A program made the translations under genes and the position numbers. A stretch of DNA of 64,000 nucleotides. Source: an uncultured Chloroflexia bacterium. Its GTDB lineage: Bacteria; Chloroflexota; Anaerolineae; Anaerolineales; UBA4823. Shown here piece by piece: positions 30,677 through 39,740 of this stretch; position 1 is the stretch's first letter; every line of letters starts with the position of its first letter. The stretch lies in assembly GCA_963840255.1 (NCBI GenBank), contig CAWIYB010000003.1, positions 385,314 through 449,313 of the forward strand. Reading direction: 5' to 3'. A model generated the notes under the pieces. That model was not told the origin of the DNA. It saw nothing but the letters and a program-made list of their open reading frames with translations, and searched no databases.

Positions 30677-30706
30677 GGGTCAGACCGCCCCCTGGCGGCC
30701 TGACCC
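30677..30706 (-). promoter_or_regulatory. GC-rich intercistronic hairpin between the binding-protein gene and livH
   Basis: GGGTCAGaCCGCC-cccu-GGCGGcCTGACCC: 12 bp with one A/C mismatch and no U-tract. Probably an mRNA-stabilising or partial-termination element. Confidence 0.5.
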
Positions 30707-30783
30707 GCTACGAACCAAGGTATCTGCAATCTTACCATTTGACGGATAAGGTTGTCAGACTGGATCCCTCTAAGGGGAAAAGA

Positions 30784-32043
30784 TCACGGCATGACAATGC
30801 CTTTTTCCCATGTACCCCACGATAACACGTTGTTTTCAAGCCTCAGGATGGGCAGCTGGGTGTATACGCTGTGGTTAATACCATAGGTCTGAAGACCGCC
30901 CATTGTTCCAGCACCGAACACGGTGTCGATGGAAGTCGCCTTTTCCCATGACGCTGCCACAACCTGTGGGTCAAGGCTTTGGGCTTTCTCTATCGCCTGT
31001 ACCATCGTATAGATGGCATCGAAGCCTTGCGCCATCATCATATCAAAGCGGCCAATTTCAGGATCGGCGACCGCCATGGCGATTACCTCTTTGGTGATCT
31101 CTGGTGCATCGGGAACTGTAACCAGCTCAGAGATACCATGCCCGAAGAAGTTGGTCGATGCTTCTGGACCGGCGATCTTCATGATGTCTTGCGGTGGGGT
31201 CATGGAGCACACGAAAATGGGTCCAGTGAAGCCCATCGTCCGCAGGTTCTTGAGCATCTGGCCCATATAATCGGTAGGACCATTGCCCAACATGACAGAA
31301 TCTGCATCTGTCTCCAGTGCCTTTTGGGCGATCGGGGTGAAATCTACCGTGGGTGGAGCAAAACCGATGATGTCACCGACGATGGTGAGCTCCAGTGCTT
31401 CGGCAGATGCTTTTACCTGAGGTGTATTGGCCTCTATCTGGCCATCATCAATCAATACATAAGCGATGGTCTTAACTTCAGGGTGGATTTCCTTCAGATA
31501 GGTCATGGCGCTGATTTGCCCGGCAAAACTATCGGGGTTGGCAATAAAGGTGAATTTCCTGTCAGGGTTCTGTTCAGCCTCGGTGCCGTTGTTGTAGATG
31601 CTGGCGTAGAGCACGCCCGCTGGCTCGGCTACCTGCCCGATCGCGGCGGTCAGGGGGGGTGGACCACTGCCGGTAACAAATCGGACGCCCTCGTCCTGGA
31701 TCAGCTTGGTGGCAGCCGCAGAAGCACCATCTGCCGTCCCCTTGTTATCTTCGAGCTTGATCTCGACCATATAGGTCTCACCGTTGATGGTGATCCCGCC
31801 GTGGTTGTTAACATATTGCTGCGCCAGGTAAGCACCACTGGCAGCTAGCTTGAGATTATCAGATGATGCACCCGTCAGTGTCTCGATTTCGCCAATAACC
31901 AACGACTTCGGCGTGGGAGTGTTCGCAGCCGCGGCTGGCGGATCGGTTGGAGCTGCTGTCGGTGATGCACAGGCGACCAGGAGCATGGTAAACAGGACGA
32001 AAATGATCGTCGTGCTGAAAAATCCCTTTCTAAAGGTTTTCAC
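30784..32043 (-). CDS. Liv-type (type I PBP) substrate-binding lipoprotein
   Basis: Lipobox 'LLVAC', Pro/Ala/Thr linker, 419 aa. First gene of the livHMGF-like operon. Confidence 0.8.
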   Translation of the reverse strand: MKTFRKGFFSTTIIFVLFTMLLVACASPTAAPTDPPAAAANTPTPKSLVIGEIETLTGASSDNLKLAASGAYLAQQYVNNHGGITINGETYMVEIKLEDNKGTADGASAAATKLIQDEGVRFVTGSGPPPLTAAIGQVAEPAGVLYASIYNNGTEAEQNPDRKFTFIANPDSFAGQISAMTYLKEIHPEVKTIAYVLIDDGQIEANTPQVKASAEALELTIVGDIIGFAPPTVDFTPIAQKALETDADSVMLGNGPTDYMGQMLKNLRTMGFTGPIFVCSMTPPQDIMKIAGPEASTNFFGHGISELVTVPDAPEITKEVIAMAVADPEIGRFDMMMAQGFDAIYTMVQAIEKAQSLDPQVVAASWEKATSIDTVFGAGTMGGLQTYGINHSVYTQLPILRLENNVLSWGTWEKGIVMP

Positions 32044-32283
32044 TAGGTTCCTCCTAATAGGATCTTATCGAAAGTTGGAAGGATTTTGATAAAATCCTTC
32101 GTCGATTACAAGGAAGTACATTCTCCTTACCAAGTACGTACTTTGCGTAGTCATTACGCATACATCCTCATCCTCACTCCGTCATTATTTTCGATCTCAC
32201 CTCCGTTCCATCTTTGCTAACAAAAAAACCTGAGCCAAACAACGTTTTATGGTCAAATTCTTAGGCAACAACATCGATTCTTG

Positions 32284-33516
32284 TTACCAATAGACTGGCA
32301 CCCCGCATGAAATCAGTTCTTCGCAGGGATACTTGGTGATTACTTCATGTCCGTCTTCTGTCACCAATACCTCTTCCTCAATCCGTGCGCCATGTTTACC
32401 ATCTGGAGTTTGGGCATAGGTCTCCATAGCGATCACCATCCCCTTTTGCAGGGTGAACGGGTTCTCGAGGGAGCACATCCGGCTGATGAACGGTCGCTCG
32501 TGGATGGACAGGCCTATGCCGTGCCCGATTGCCATGCCGATCGCCTCAGCTTCCGAGCTCAGTCCCCAGGTGGTGCATTCCGGCCAGCTCAATGCTATTT
32601 CCCGCGAGGTCACCCCTGGTTGCACCATCTCGATCGCCTGGTACAGCCAGTCGTATGCCTGGTGGTAAGCTGCTTTTTGATCGGTGGTCGGTCGACCACA
32701 GATGAATGAGCGGTAATAACACGTGCGGTAGCCGTTGAAGGAATGGATAACGTCAAAGAAGACGAAGTCACCCGGTCGGATGATCCGGTCAGAAAAGACG
32801 TGCGGATGTGGGCTGCTGCGCGGTCCGGAGACGACGTTCACACATTCCACATCGTCCGAGCCCAGGCTGTAGAGGGTCTGGCAGACCAGACCGACCAGCT
32901 CGTTCTCCTTGATCCCCGGTCTGATTGAGCGCACCAGGGTGTCGTAGGCTGCATCCGCCATCGAGGCGGCGGTTTTTAGCAGCTGCACCTCATCCGCCGA
33001 TTTGATCAGACGGGCGTCCAGCAAACTATCCTGGGCGTCGATGATGGTCTCAATTCCAGCCCGATGCAGGGCATCCAGCAGGACGATATCGGTGAGATCG
33101 ATCGCCAGGGGCTCATTCTCCACCCCGTTGTCGGCCATGATCTCCTTGACCGTGTTGGCCAGCCTGTCAGCAACCCCGTCGCAGTTGGGAATGCCGCCGC
33201 GAGACCAGGTTACCGCCGGGCGCACACGGTCGGCGATCCACGGGGAATACAGCCGGCGGGCAGCTCCGGCCGAACCCGACTCGAACAGAATGGGTTCACC
33301 ACCTCGCGGTAGAACTGCGTAGCGGTGCATTTTATCACGCGCCCATTCACCGATATGGACCCCGGTGAGGTAGCGTATATTATTGAAGTCAAAGCATAGG
33401 TAAGCGCCGATTTGTTGTTGAACCAATTGCTCCTTGGCGCGGTTAAGCCGGTAAGTACGCAGCCTATCGTAGTCAACCCTGGTTTCCCAATCTACACCCA
33501 TTACTCCCCAAGACAT
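32284..33516 (-). CDS. M24-family metallohydrolase, creatinase/DddP-like (paralog 1)
   Basis: 410 aa. Pita-bread motifs 'FFDVIHSFNGYRTCYYRSF', 'GHGIGLSIHE', 'AMETY', 'RIEEEVLVTEDG'. C-terminus 'ITKYPCEELISCG' resembles the DddP C-terminus. Confidence 0.75.
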   Translation of the reverse strand: MSWGVMGVDWETRVDYDRLRTYRLNRAKEQLVQQQIGAYLCFDFNNIRYLTGVHIGEWARDKMHRYAVLPRGGEPILFESGSAGAARRLYSPWIADRVRPAVTWSRGGIPNCDGVADRLANTVKEIMADNGVENEPLAIDLTDIVLLDALHRAGIETIIDAQDSLLDARLIKSADEVQLLKTAASMADAAYDTLVRSIRPGIKENELVGLVCQTLYSLGSDDVECVNVVSGPRSSPHPHVFSDRIIRPGDFVFFDVIHSFNGYRTCYYRSFICGRPTTDQKAAYHQAYDWLYQAIEMVQPGVTSREIALSWPECTTWGLSSEAEAIGMAIGHGIGLSIHERPFISRMCSLENPFTLQKGMVIAMETYAQTPDGKHGARIEEEVLVTEDGHEVITKYPCEELISCGVPVYW

Positions 33517-33661
33517 AAGTTGCTCCTTCCTGATAGCTTCATGTGGAACTCGATGTGCCAGGACTGTCGCTAACGGCCAGCCTTAAAGAGCCTGGCGGGC
33601 CTACCTGGGTAGTCAACAGCATTTCTGCTGTATGTGTTTCTTAAAGGGCATATACGTCCAG

Positions 33662-34471
33662 TTAATTATTGGTAAAAACCGCCACAGGCGTCACCTGGGA
33701 GGCTCCCAACTCGCGCGATATGCGGCAGGTAGCTTCGATCAGCTTGTTCAGCAGCACACCTACCCGGTCGTCTGGCACGCGATGGGTGGGAGCGACGATA
33801 GCAGCTGCAGCGACCACTTTTCCCTGGTGGTCGAAAATCGGGGAAGCCAGTGCGGTTACATCGGGGAAGGCTTCGCCCTTCTCGATGGCATACCCGTGTT
33901 CACGGATGCTGTACAGGCGCCTGCGGTAGTCGGCGGCATCCGTAACAGACCAAACAGTGAAAGCCTCCAATTTGCTGGCGGGTAGGATTTCATCGAGGAC
34001 AGACTCTGGCTGGTAGGCCAGCAGCACCAGGCCGGCTGCACCAAAGTAGCACGGTCTGCGCACACCGATGGTGGTTGTGACCCGCACCGGTCTCTCCGGT
34101 TCTACCACCAACGTGCATACATGGTGGTCACCATCGAGGCTGGCTACAGCAATCGTCTCGTCAATTTCAGGCACCAGCTGCTGGAAGATTGGTTCGGCTT
34201 TATTGAGATAATTGATCTGCCTGCGGGCAATCGCACCCATCACTAAAAATTTATGTCCCAGCCGATAGACACTTGTCTCAGGATCCTGGACGATATAGTC
34301 AGACTGCGCCAGGGTAGCCAGTAAACGGTGAACAGTAGCCTTGGGAAGGCCGGTCTGGGCGCAGATCTCGACTAAACTCAACTCTGGAGCCTCCAGGGTA
34401 AAGCAAGATAACACATCCAACGCCCGCCTGACAGCTTTTACGCCCGTCGTAACATCGCTTAACTCATCCAC
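33662..34471 (-). CDS. IclR-family transcriptional regulator
   Basis: N-terminal wHTH ('AVRRALDVLSCF..LSLVEICAQTGLPKATVHRLL') plus a C-terminal effector domain; 269 aa. AGGAGG lies 8 nt upstream of the GTG start. Confidence 0.85.
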   Translation of the reverse strand: MDELSDVTTGVKAVRRALDVLSCFTLEAPELSLVEICAQTGLPKATVHRLLATLAQSDYIVQDPETSVYRLGHKFLVMGAIARRQINYLNKAEPIFQQLVPEIDETIAVASLDGDHHVCTLVVEPERPVRVTTTIGVRRPCYFGAAGLVLLAYQPESVLDEILPASKLEAFTVWSVTDAADYRRRLYSIREHGYAIEKGEAFPDVTALASPIFDHQGKVVAAAAIVAPTHRVPDDRVGVLLNKLIEATCRISRELGASQVTPVAVFTNN

Positions 34472-34573
34472 TTGGTATTCCTCCTGAACGGTGATTCTTG
34501 GAACTCATCCATCACAATATGGAACAAGATACCGTACTATATCCTAAAAAAGTGCGCATATTTACTTGAAAAA

Positions 34574-34628
34574 ATGAACTGCTGTTCCGAATTTATTGTA
34601 TAATAGCATGTGTCTGATGCGCTGTCAA
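34574..34628 (-). promoter_or_regulatory. Putative autoregulated iclR promoter (TTGACA-17 nt-TATTAT, leftward) followed by a GAAC-N4-GTTC operator
   Basis: -35 at 34628-34623, -10 at 34605-34600, palindrome GAACTGCTGTTC at 34576-34587. Same spacing and flanks as 15921-15976. Confidence 0.55.
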
Positions 34629-34804
34629 TACTAAAAACCTGACAAATAACCATCGTCCACCCCTTGGAATGGCATTGGATCGGGCTTTTCCAGGGGAAAT
34701 CCGACTGTTAACCGCTCTTACAGCCTGATGCAGCCGTTATTCGTCGTAATTCGAGGAAAATACTTGTAAATCACGCTGAAAATAACGAGATGATAGTCTA
34801 TTTC

Positions 34805-34857
34805 TGGTATATAATAATTACATAAAGCACATCGATTAGTGGAACGGTATTCCAATT
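34805..34857 (+). promoter_or_regulatory. Extended -10 promoter (TGgTATATAAT) plus a perfect TGGAA-N5-TTCCA operator upstream of M24 paralog 2
   Basis: TG at 34805-06, TATAAT at 34810-15, palindrome at 34840-34854. Confidence 0.45.
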
Positions 34858-34911
34858 ATTTTGTTGGCGCTGTGGGTAAATAAACCCAATCTCGTCTGAG
34901 GAGGTGCGCTT

Positions 34912-36144
34912 ATGTCATGGGGAACGATGGCTGTCGACTGGGAAACCCGGGTTGACTATGACCGGCTGAGGCAATACCGGCTCGCTCGTGCCAGGGAGCA
35001 GCTGGATAAATACGGGATCGGCGCATTTCTTTGCTTTGAATTTTACAATATCCGCTATATCACCGGCGTTCACATCGGCGAGTGGGCCAGAGACAAGATG
35101 AACCGCTATGTCCTCCTGCCCCGCGGGCAAGACCCGATCATGTTCGAGATGGGAACCGCAGCCCTGGCACATAAACTATACTCGCCTTGGATTGCCGACC
35201 GAGTCCGCTATGCTCTACCCACCTGGACCCGGGCAGACACTACCAAGGGGGCAGAGATTGCCGGAAACCTGGCCCGCACGATCAAGGGTATGCTGACCGA
35301 TTATGGGCTGGAAGGCGAACCCCTCGGTGTTGACGCGGCGGATGTGGTGTTCCTGGATGCCTTGCACCGCGCAGGGATGGAAGTGGTAGACGCCCGCTCC
35401 CCTATGCTGGACGCCAGGCTGATCAAGAACCAGGATGAGATCCAGCTGCTCAAGGTGGCCGCAGCCATGGCTGATGCAGCTTACGACACCATTGTGCGCG
35501 CCATCCGTCCGGGCATCCGTGAGAACGAGCTGGTGGCTGTGGCGAATGAAACTCTCTATCGCCTGGGGTCGGAAGATGTTGAGTGTGTCAATGTGGTCTC
35601 CGGTCCCCGCAGCAGCCCCCATCCACACGTATTTTCGGATCGGATCATTCGCCCCGGAGACCTGGTCTATTTTGACCTGATGCACGCCTACAATGGCTAC
35701 CGCACCTGCTACTACCGCACCTTCATCTGTGGTCGCCCCACACCTGAGCAAAAAGCCGCCTACCGCCAGACCTACGACTGGCTGTATGACGCAGTGAGCG
35801 TGGTTCGACCGGGCATTACCTCGGCTGACATTGCTTCCCGCTACCCAACTTATGAGGCCTGGGGGTTGAACAGCGAGCTGGAAGCCAGGGGACTGGCAAC
35901 CGGGCATGGCATCGGCCTGTCGATCCACGAGAAGCCGGGCATCAACCGCATCGAGTCGTTATCCAGCCCCTTCCCCATTCAGGAAGGCATGGTGTTCGCC
36001 TTGGAAACGTACGCCCAAACGCCGGATGGGCGCCAGGGCTGCCGGATCGAAGAAGAAGTGCTGGTTACAGCTACAGGCTATGAGATCCTCACGAAATACC
36101 CGTGCGAGGAGCTCATCTCCTGCGGCGTCCCTAAATATTGGTAG
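34912..36144 (+). CDS. M24-family metallohydrolase, creatinase/DddP-like (paralog 2)
   Basis: 410 aa, colinear with 32284-33516 and about two-thirds identical by eye, with the same metal-site motifs. Confidence 0.75.
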   Translation: MSWGTMAVDWETRVDYDRLRQYRLARAREQLDKYGIGAFLCFEFYNIRYITGVHIGEWARDKMNRYVLLPRGQDPIMFEMGTAALAHKLYSPWIADRVRYALPTWTRADTTKGAEIAGNLARTIKGMLTDYGLEGEPLGVDAADVVFLDALHRAGMEVVDARSPMLDARLIKNQDEIQLLKVAAAMADAAYDTIVRAIRPGIRENELVAVANETLYRLGSEDVECVNVVSGPRSSPHPHVFSDRIIRPGDLVYFDLMHAYNGYRTCYYRTFICGRPTPEQKAAYRQTYDWLYDAVSVVRPGITSADIASRYPTYEAWGLNSELEARGLATGHGIGLSIHEKPGINRIESLSSPFPIQEGMVFALETYAQTPDGRQGCRIEEEVLVTATGYEILTKYPCEELISCGVPKYW

Positions 36145-36155
36145 AGGAGGATGAT

Positions 36156-37181
36156 ATGAAAGCGATGGTACTGCGTGAATACGAACTGCCGATGCTGCCC
36201 GAAGAGAGATCGCTGGGCGATCCGGTGGGCGCTGAGGTCTTGCTGCGCATTCGTGCAGCCGGAGTGTGCGGGACTGATCTCAAGCTGTTCCGCGGCAAGA
36301 ATCCTCGACTGAAGCTGCCGCTTGTTTTGGGGCACGAGTTCGCCGGTGAGGTCGTTGCCCTCGGACCCGAGGTGCGCCAGCGGCACATTGGCGATCGGGT
36401 GGTGGTCTATATGTACATGAATTGCGGCCAGTGTGAGCCGTGCCTGACCGGGCACGAAAACCTGTGCAGCAATCGGCGCGGTTTCTTCGGCTTTGACCGC
36501 GATGGGGGTTTCGCTGAATATGTGCTGGTTCCCGAAGCCAACCTGGTGCCCGTCCCAGAGGCGGTTTCCTTTGAAGAAGCAGCCATCCTGGGAGACGCCG
36601 TGGCAACCAGCTGGCACGCCGTGCGCACCCAGGCTGACCTGAAGCCCACCCAAACTCTCATGGTCATGGGACTGGGTGGACTGGGACTTCACGCAGTCCA
36701 GTGTGGGCGAGCCATTGGTGCTCAGGTCATTGCGGTCGATTCGGTGCAATCCAAGCTGGAAATGGCCAGGGAAAATGGTGCCCAATTTACGGTGAACGCA
36801 GCAGCAGGTGACTTCGTCCAGGAGGTCCGCAGCATTACCGGCGGTAAAGGGGTGGACGCAGTGACGGTTTTCCGCCCGCATGCCGAAGACATCGAGCCGT
36901 CGATTAAATGCGTCAAGCCGGGTGGTGCGGTGGTCATGGTTGCTTATATCGACATTGGCAAGACCCTCAACCTCGACCAACGATTCGTGCAGGGAATGGA
37001 AGTACGCCTGATGGGAGCGCGCGGCAATACGCGCCAGGAATTAGCCGAAGTGGTCCAGCTGGTCGCCCGAAAACAGCTGCGTCCGCTCATCGTCGGGCAA
37101 TTCCCGCTGGAGCAGGTCAATGAGGCGCTGGCACAATTGGCAACCGGTCAGGTGATGGGGCGTATCGTCCTCGTCCCCTGA
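36156..37181 (+). CDS. Zn-dependent alcohol dehydrogenase (MDR family)
   Basis: 'GVCGTDL', 'GHEFAGEV', 'CGQCEPCLTGHENLC'. GAGGAGGA RBS lies upstream of ATG 36156. Confidence 0.8.
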   Translation: MKAMVLREYELPMLPEERSLGDPVGAEVLLRIRAAGVCGTDLKLFRGKNPRLKLPLVLGHEFAGEVVALGPEVRQRHIGDRVVVYMYMNCGQCEPCLTGHENLCSNRRGFFGFDRDGGFAEYVLVPEANLVPVPEAVSFEEAAILGDAVATSWHAVRTQADLKPTQTLMVMGLGGLGLHAVQCGRAIGAQVIAVDSVQSKLEMARENGAQFTVNAAAGDFVQEVRSITGGKGVDAVTVFRPHAEDIEPSIKCVKPGGAVVMVAYIDIGKTLNLDQRFVQGMEVRLMGARGNTRQELAEVVQLVARKQLRPLIVGQFPLEQVNEALAQLATGQVMGRIVLVP

Positions 37182-37267
37182 TAGCGAAGAGCTGCATGCA
37201 GATGCCCAGGCTGGTCTGGGACAGTTTCAATATACAGCTTATTAATAAATCATCCCCACTGGATTAT

Positions 37268-37305
37268 AAAAACTGCCTGCATCTATCGATATACAGGCTG
37301 TTTTA
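37268..37305. terminator. Putative bidirectional intrinsic terminator
   Basis: AAAACTGCCTG-(14 nt)-CAGGCTGTTTTAT: 8 of 9 bp paired, flanked by A- and T-tracts, between convergent genes. Confidence 0.45.
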
Positions 37306-37373
37306 TCATACTTAATAAGGTGCTTGGCAATTGTATACAAAATCGTGATTACCGATTTTTACAAGATTGTAAA

Positions 37374-38661
37374 TCATCCCAGGAAATTAAAGGATTCGGT
37401 CACCACCTGGTATAGGTCTTCCACATCTGCGGCAGTATCAGCCGCCGCAAGTGGCGAAGGCCAAAACGTGAAGTGGAATAATTTTCCCGCCTGGATCAGA
37501 AACACATCCCGTGATCCCAGCATGCCCGGTACCACTTCCACCATTAAAGCTGCTTCACCGCCAACCGACTGCGTCAGGCGTGTCTGTGGCATGGGTACGT
37601 CACCGAGTTCGGCGATGAAATGATTCACTGCCTCATCCAGGGTCTGTCACTCAGGCAGGCTGGATATTTCCAGCGTCATCGAGGAATACAGCGGCTCAGG
37701 TCCGGGGCCGTAGGCGGGTCCAGAGATGGCAATTGGGCCGCGTTCATTCGTGCGGTGAAAGCGCACCGGGTAAGCAAAACAATAGCCATCTTCAGGGCTG
37801 TAAATCATACTTGTTCCGGGGATCGTGCACACATCCGGACCAGCTACAGTCACCGGTCCGCTGTAGGAGTTCAAGCTGCCATCTGCATTCGCCCGGTATT
37901 CATGGGTGTGACCGCCAGCATTTAAAATGATTCTCCAACCTGGCACGACCGTTTTTGTGCATTCCAGGGTCGCCGCGGGTGCCAAACCCAGGCAGCTATC
38001 GGGCCAATCTTGTTGGGCAATCTCGACGACGCTGATCGAGGCCAGGTCCATGCCCAGTCGGGTTGCCAGGTCTTCACGCGTTTTATCTGCCAGCACGCTT
38101 CAATGGGGGCAGGGTTGAACACTTCAGGGGTGGTGGTTGGAGATTCTGACGGCGGAATAGTAATTGAACGGACCAGGCTATCCAATTCGTCCAGGCTGGG
38201 GGTAAAGCTCGAGGCAGGCTGCTGGTCCAGCCGGGAGACAGTCCTGGTGAGATATTCCTGGTAATTGCCCGGATTGTCGGTCAGCGCCTGGGCATATTCA
38301 GCGCTGAATTCGGGACCAGCCTGCAGCTCAGGGTGGGTAACCGGCAGGACTGCGGCGACATAGAATTTACCGTCGCTGCTCAACCCCTGGAAGGTGTAGA
38401 TCAGCTGGCTATTATTGATCGGCACCGGATCCGGTTGTATTGGGTCAGGTAGCGCACACCCGTGCCGCTCTCGAAATCCAAGAATTGCAGCTGGGGATGC
38501 ATCACCTGCAGCGAGTTGTACAGGGGCAGGAAGGGCAAGGTATCCCCAACCTGCTGGCTTTGAAGCAGCGCTTGAAGGTCAGCACCTTCGTTGCCCATAT
38601 TTTCGTTGTCGGTTCCCCGCCATATAAAGCTGCCTTGCTGGGGCCACTTTATACCGTTGTA
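37374..38661 (-). pseudogene. Decayed multi-domain secreted protein, paralog of 44953-45831 (5'-truncated, two frameshifts, one in-frame TGA)
   Basis: Fragments 38401-38598, 37922-38425, 37647-38096 and 37374-37628 align in order with the intact paralog ('LQVMHPQLQFLDFESGTGVRYLT', 'QLIYTFQGLSSDGKFYVAAVLPV'). The TGA at 37647-49 is in frame with the last fragment. Confidence 0.75.
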
Positions 38662-38663
38662 TT

Positions 38664-38868
38664 AGGGCATCAAGACAACGGTGCGTGGGTCGATTTATGG
38701 CAGTTCGTGATCGAGCCGTTACCGGATGGTGCTTCCCGCTTGGTCTTGCGCACGCGCACAAACATGACCGGTGGAATCTGGAGCATCATCCATCCCGGCG
38801 TTTTCATCATGGAACGGGGGATGTTACTCGGCATCCAGCATCGTGCCGAGGCGATGGCGGGTCAATGA
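38664..38868 (+). pseudogene. C-terminal fragment (~68 codons) of an SRPBCC-like protein abutting the truncated minus-strand gene
   Basis: 'WVDLWQFVIEPLPDGASRLVLRTRTN...FIMERGMLLGIQHRAEA' has no N-terminal part and no start context. Confidence 0.35.
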
Positions 38869-38971
38869 CCCACCTGGAATAAATCTAAATCCGGCTGCAT
38901 TCCCTGTCTGTGCCTGCGATGTTCTACAGCCGGGTTCTTTTTCCAGTAATTACGGCATGAGGATCTACCGC

Positions 38972-39730
38972 TCAACCGGTCTGTTTTGTATTCCGTCTTG
39001 CCCTATCAGCCATCCTGGTGAGAAACTTTCCCATCGTCACTCTAAAATGGTAGCTTATCCATACCTGAATGCGGTTGCCAATCCCAGGTGCAAGCACAGG
39101 GCGTTTCTTGCCGACCAATTTTGCCATTCCTCGACCGACAACTTCAGGGTCTGCCATCATTTCAGCCGGCACACCGAAAGGCGCTGCCGATTTCGTACGC
39201 GTGAGTGGAGGGTGCATCACATTGAACGCAATGCCTTGTTTGGCGTATTCCAATGACAGGGTGCGTGTCATCGATTCGATTGCTCCCTTGGTGGAGGTGT
39301 AGCCGATCATCCCGGGCATGCCGGTGAAGCCGACCCCCGAGCTGACGTTATGCACCACCCCATGTCCTTGTTTTTTCATTACTGGCAGTACGGCACGGAT
39401 AAGGTTGAGGTAGCCATAATAATTGACCTCGAACTCACGCCGAATGTCATCCATGGAGCGTTTTTCAAAGATGGTAAATAAAGCCAGGCAGGCATTATTG
39501 ATCAGGATGTCCACGCCGCCCCAGCGGGCGACAACCTCATCTACCACGGCTTGCACCCGTTGTGGGTTGGTCACATTACACACGATGGGGAGGAAATTAT
39601 CGGCTTCCTCATCCAGATGCGACAGGGAAACGTCCAGTGCGGCAACCTGATCACCCATCGCCAGCAGGGCATGGGTCATTGCCAGTCCAATGCCGTTATT
39701 GGCTCCGGTGATAATGATTCTCCGTGGCAT
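38972..39730 (-). CDS. Short-chain dehydrogenase/reductase
   Basis: 'ITGANNGIGLA' (TGxxxGxG), 'YTSTKGA' (YxxxK), 252 aa. Confidence 0.85.
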   Translation of the reverse strand: MPRRIIITGANNGIGLAMTHALLAMGDQVAALDVSLSHLDEEADNFLPIVCNVTNPQRVQAVVDEVVARWGGVDILINNACLALFTIFEKRSMDDIRREFEVNYYGYLNLIRAVLPVMKKQGHGVVHNVSSGVGFTGMPGMIGYTSTKGAIESMTRTLSLEYAKQGIAFNVMHPPLTRTKSAAPFGVPAEMMADPEVVGRGMAKLVGKKRPVLAPGIGNRIQVWISYHFRVTMGKFLTRMADRARRNTKQTG

Positions 39731-39740
39731 GAACGCCTCC

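Noticed and set aside
37647-37649. The in-frame TGA as a selenocysteine codon.
   Set aside because: The gene is also 5'-truncated and frameshifted twice, the context is not a redox motif, and I saw no SECIS-like hairpin immediately downstream.
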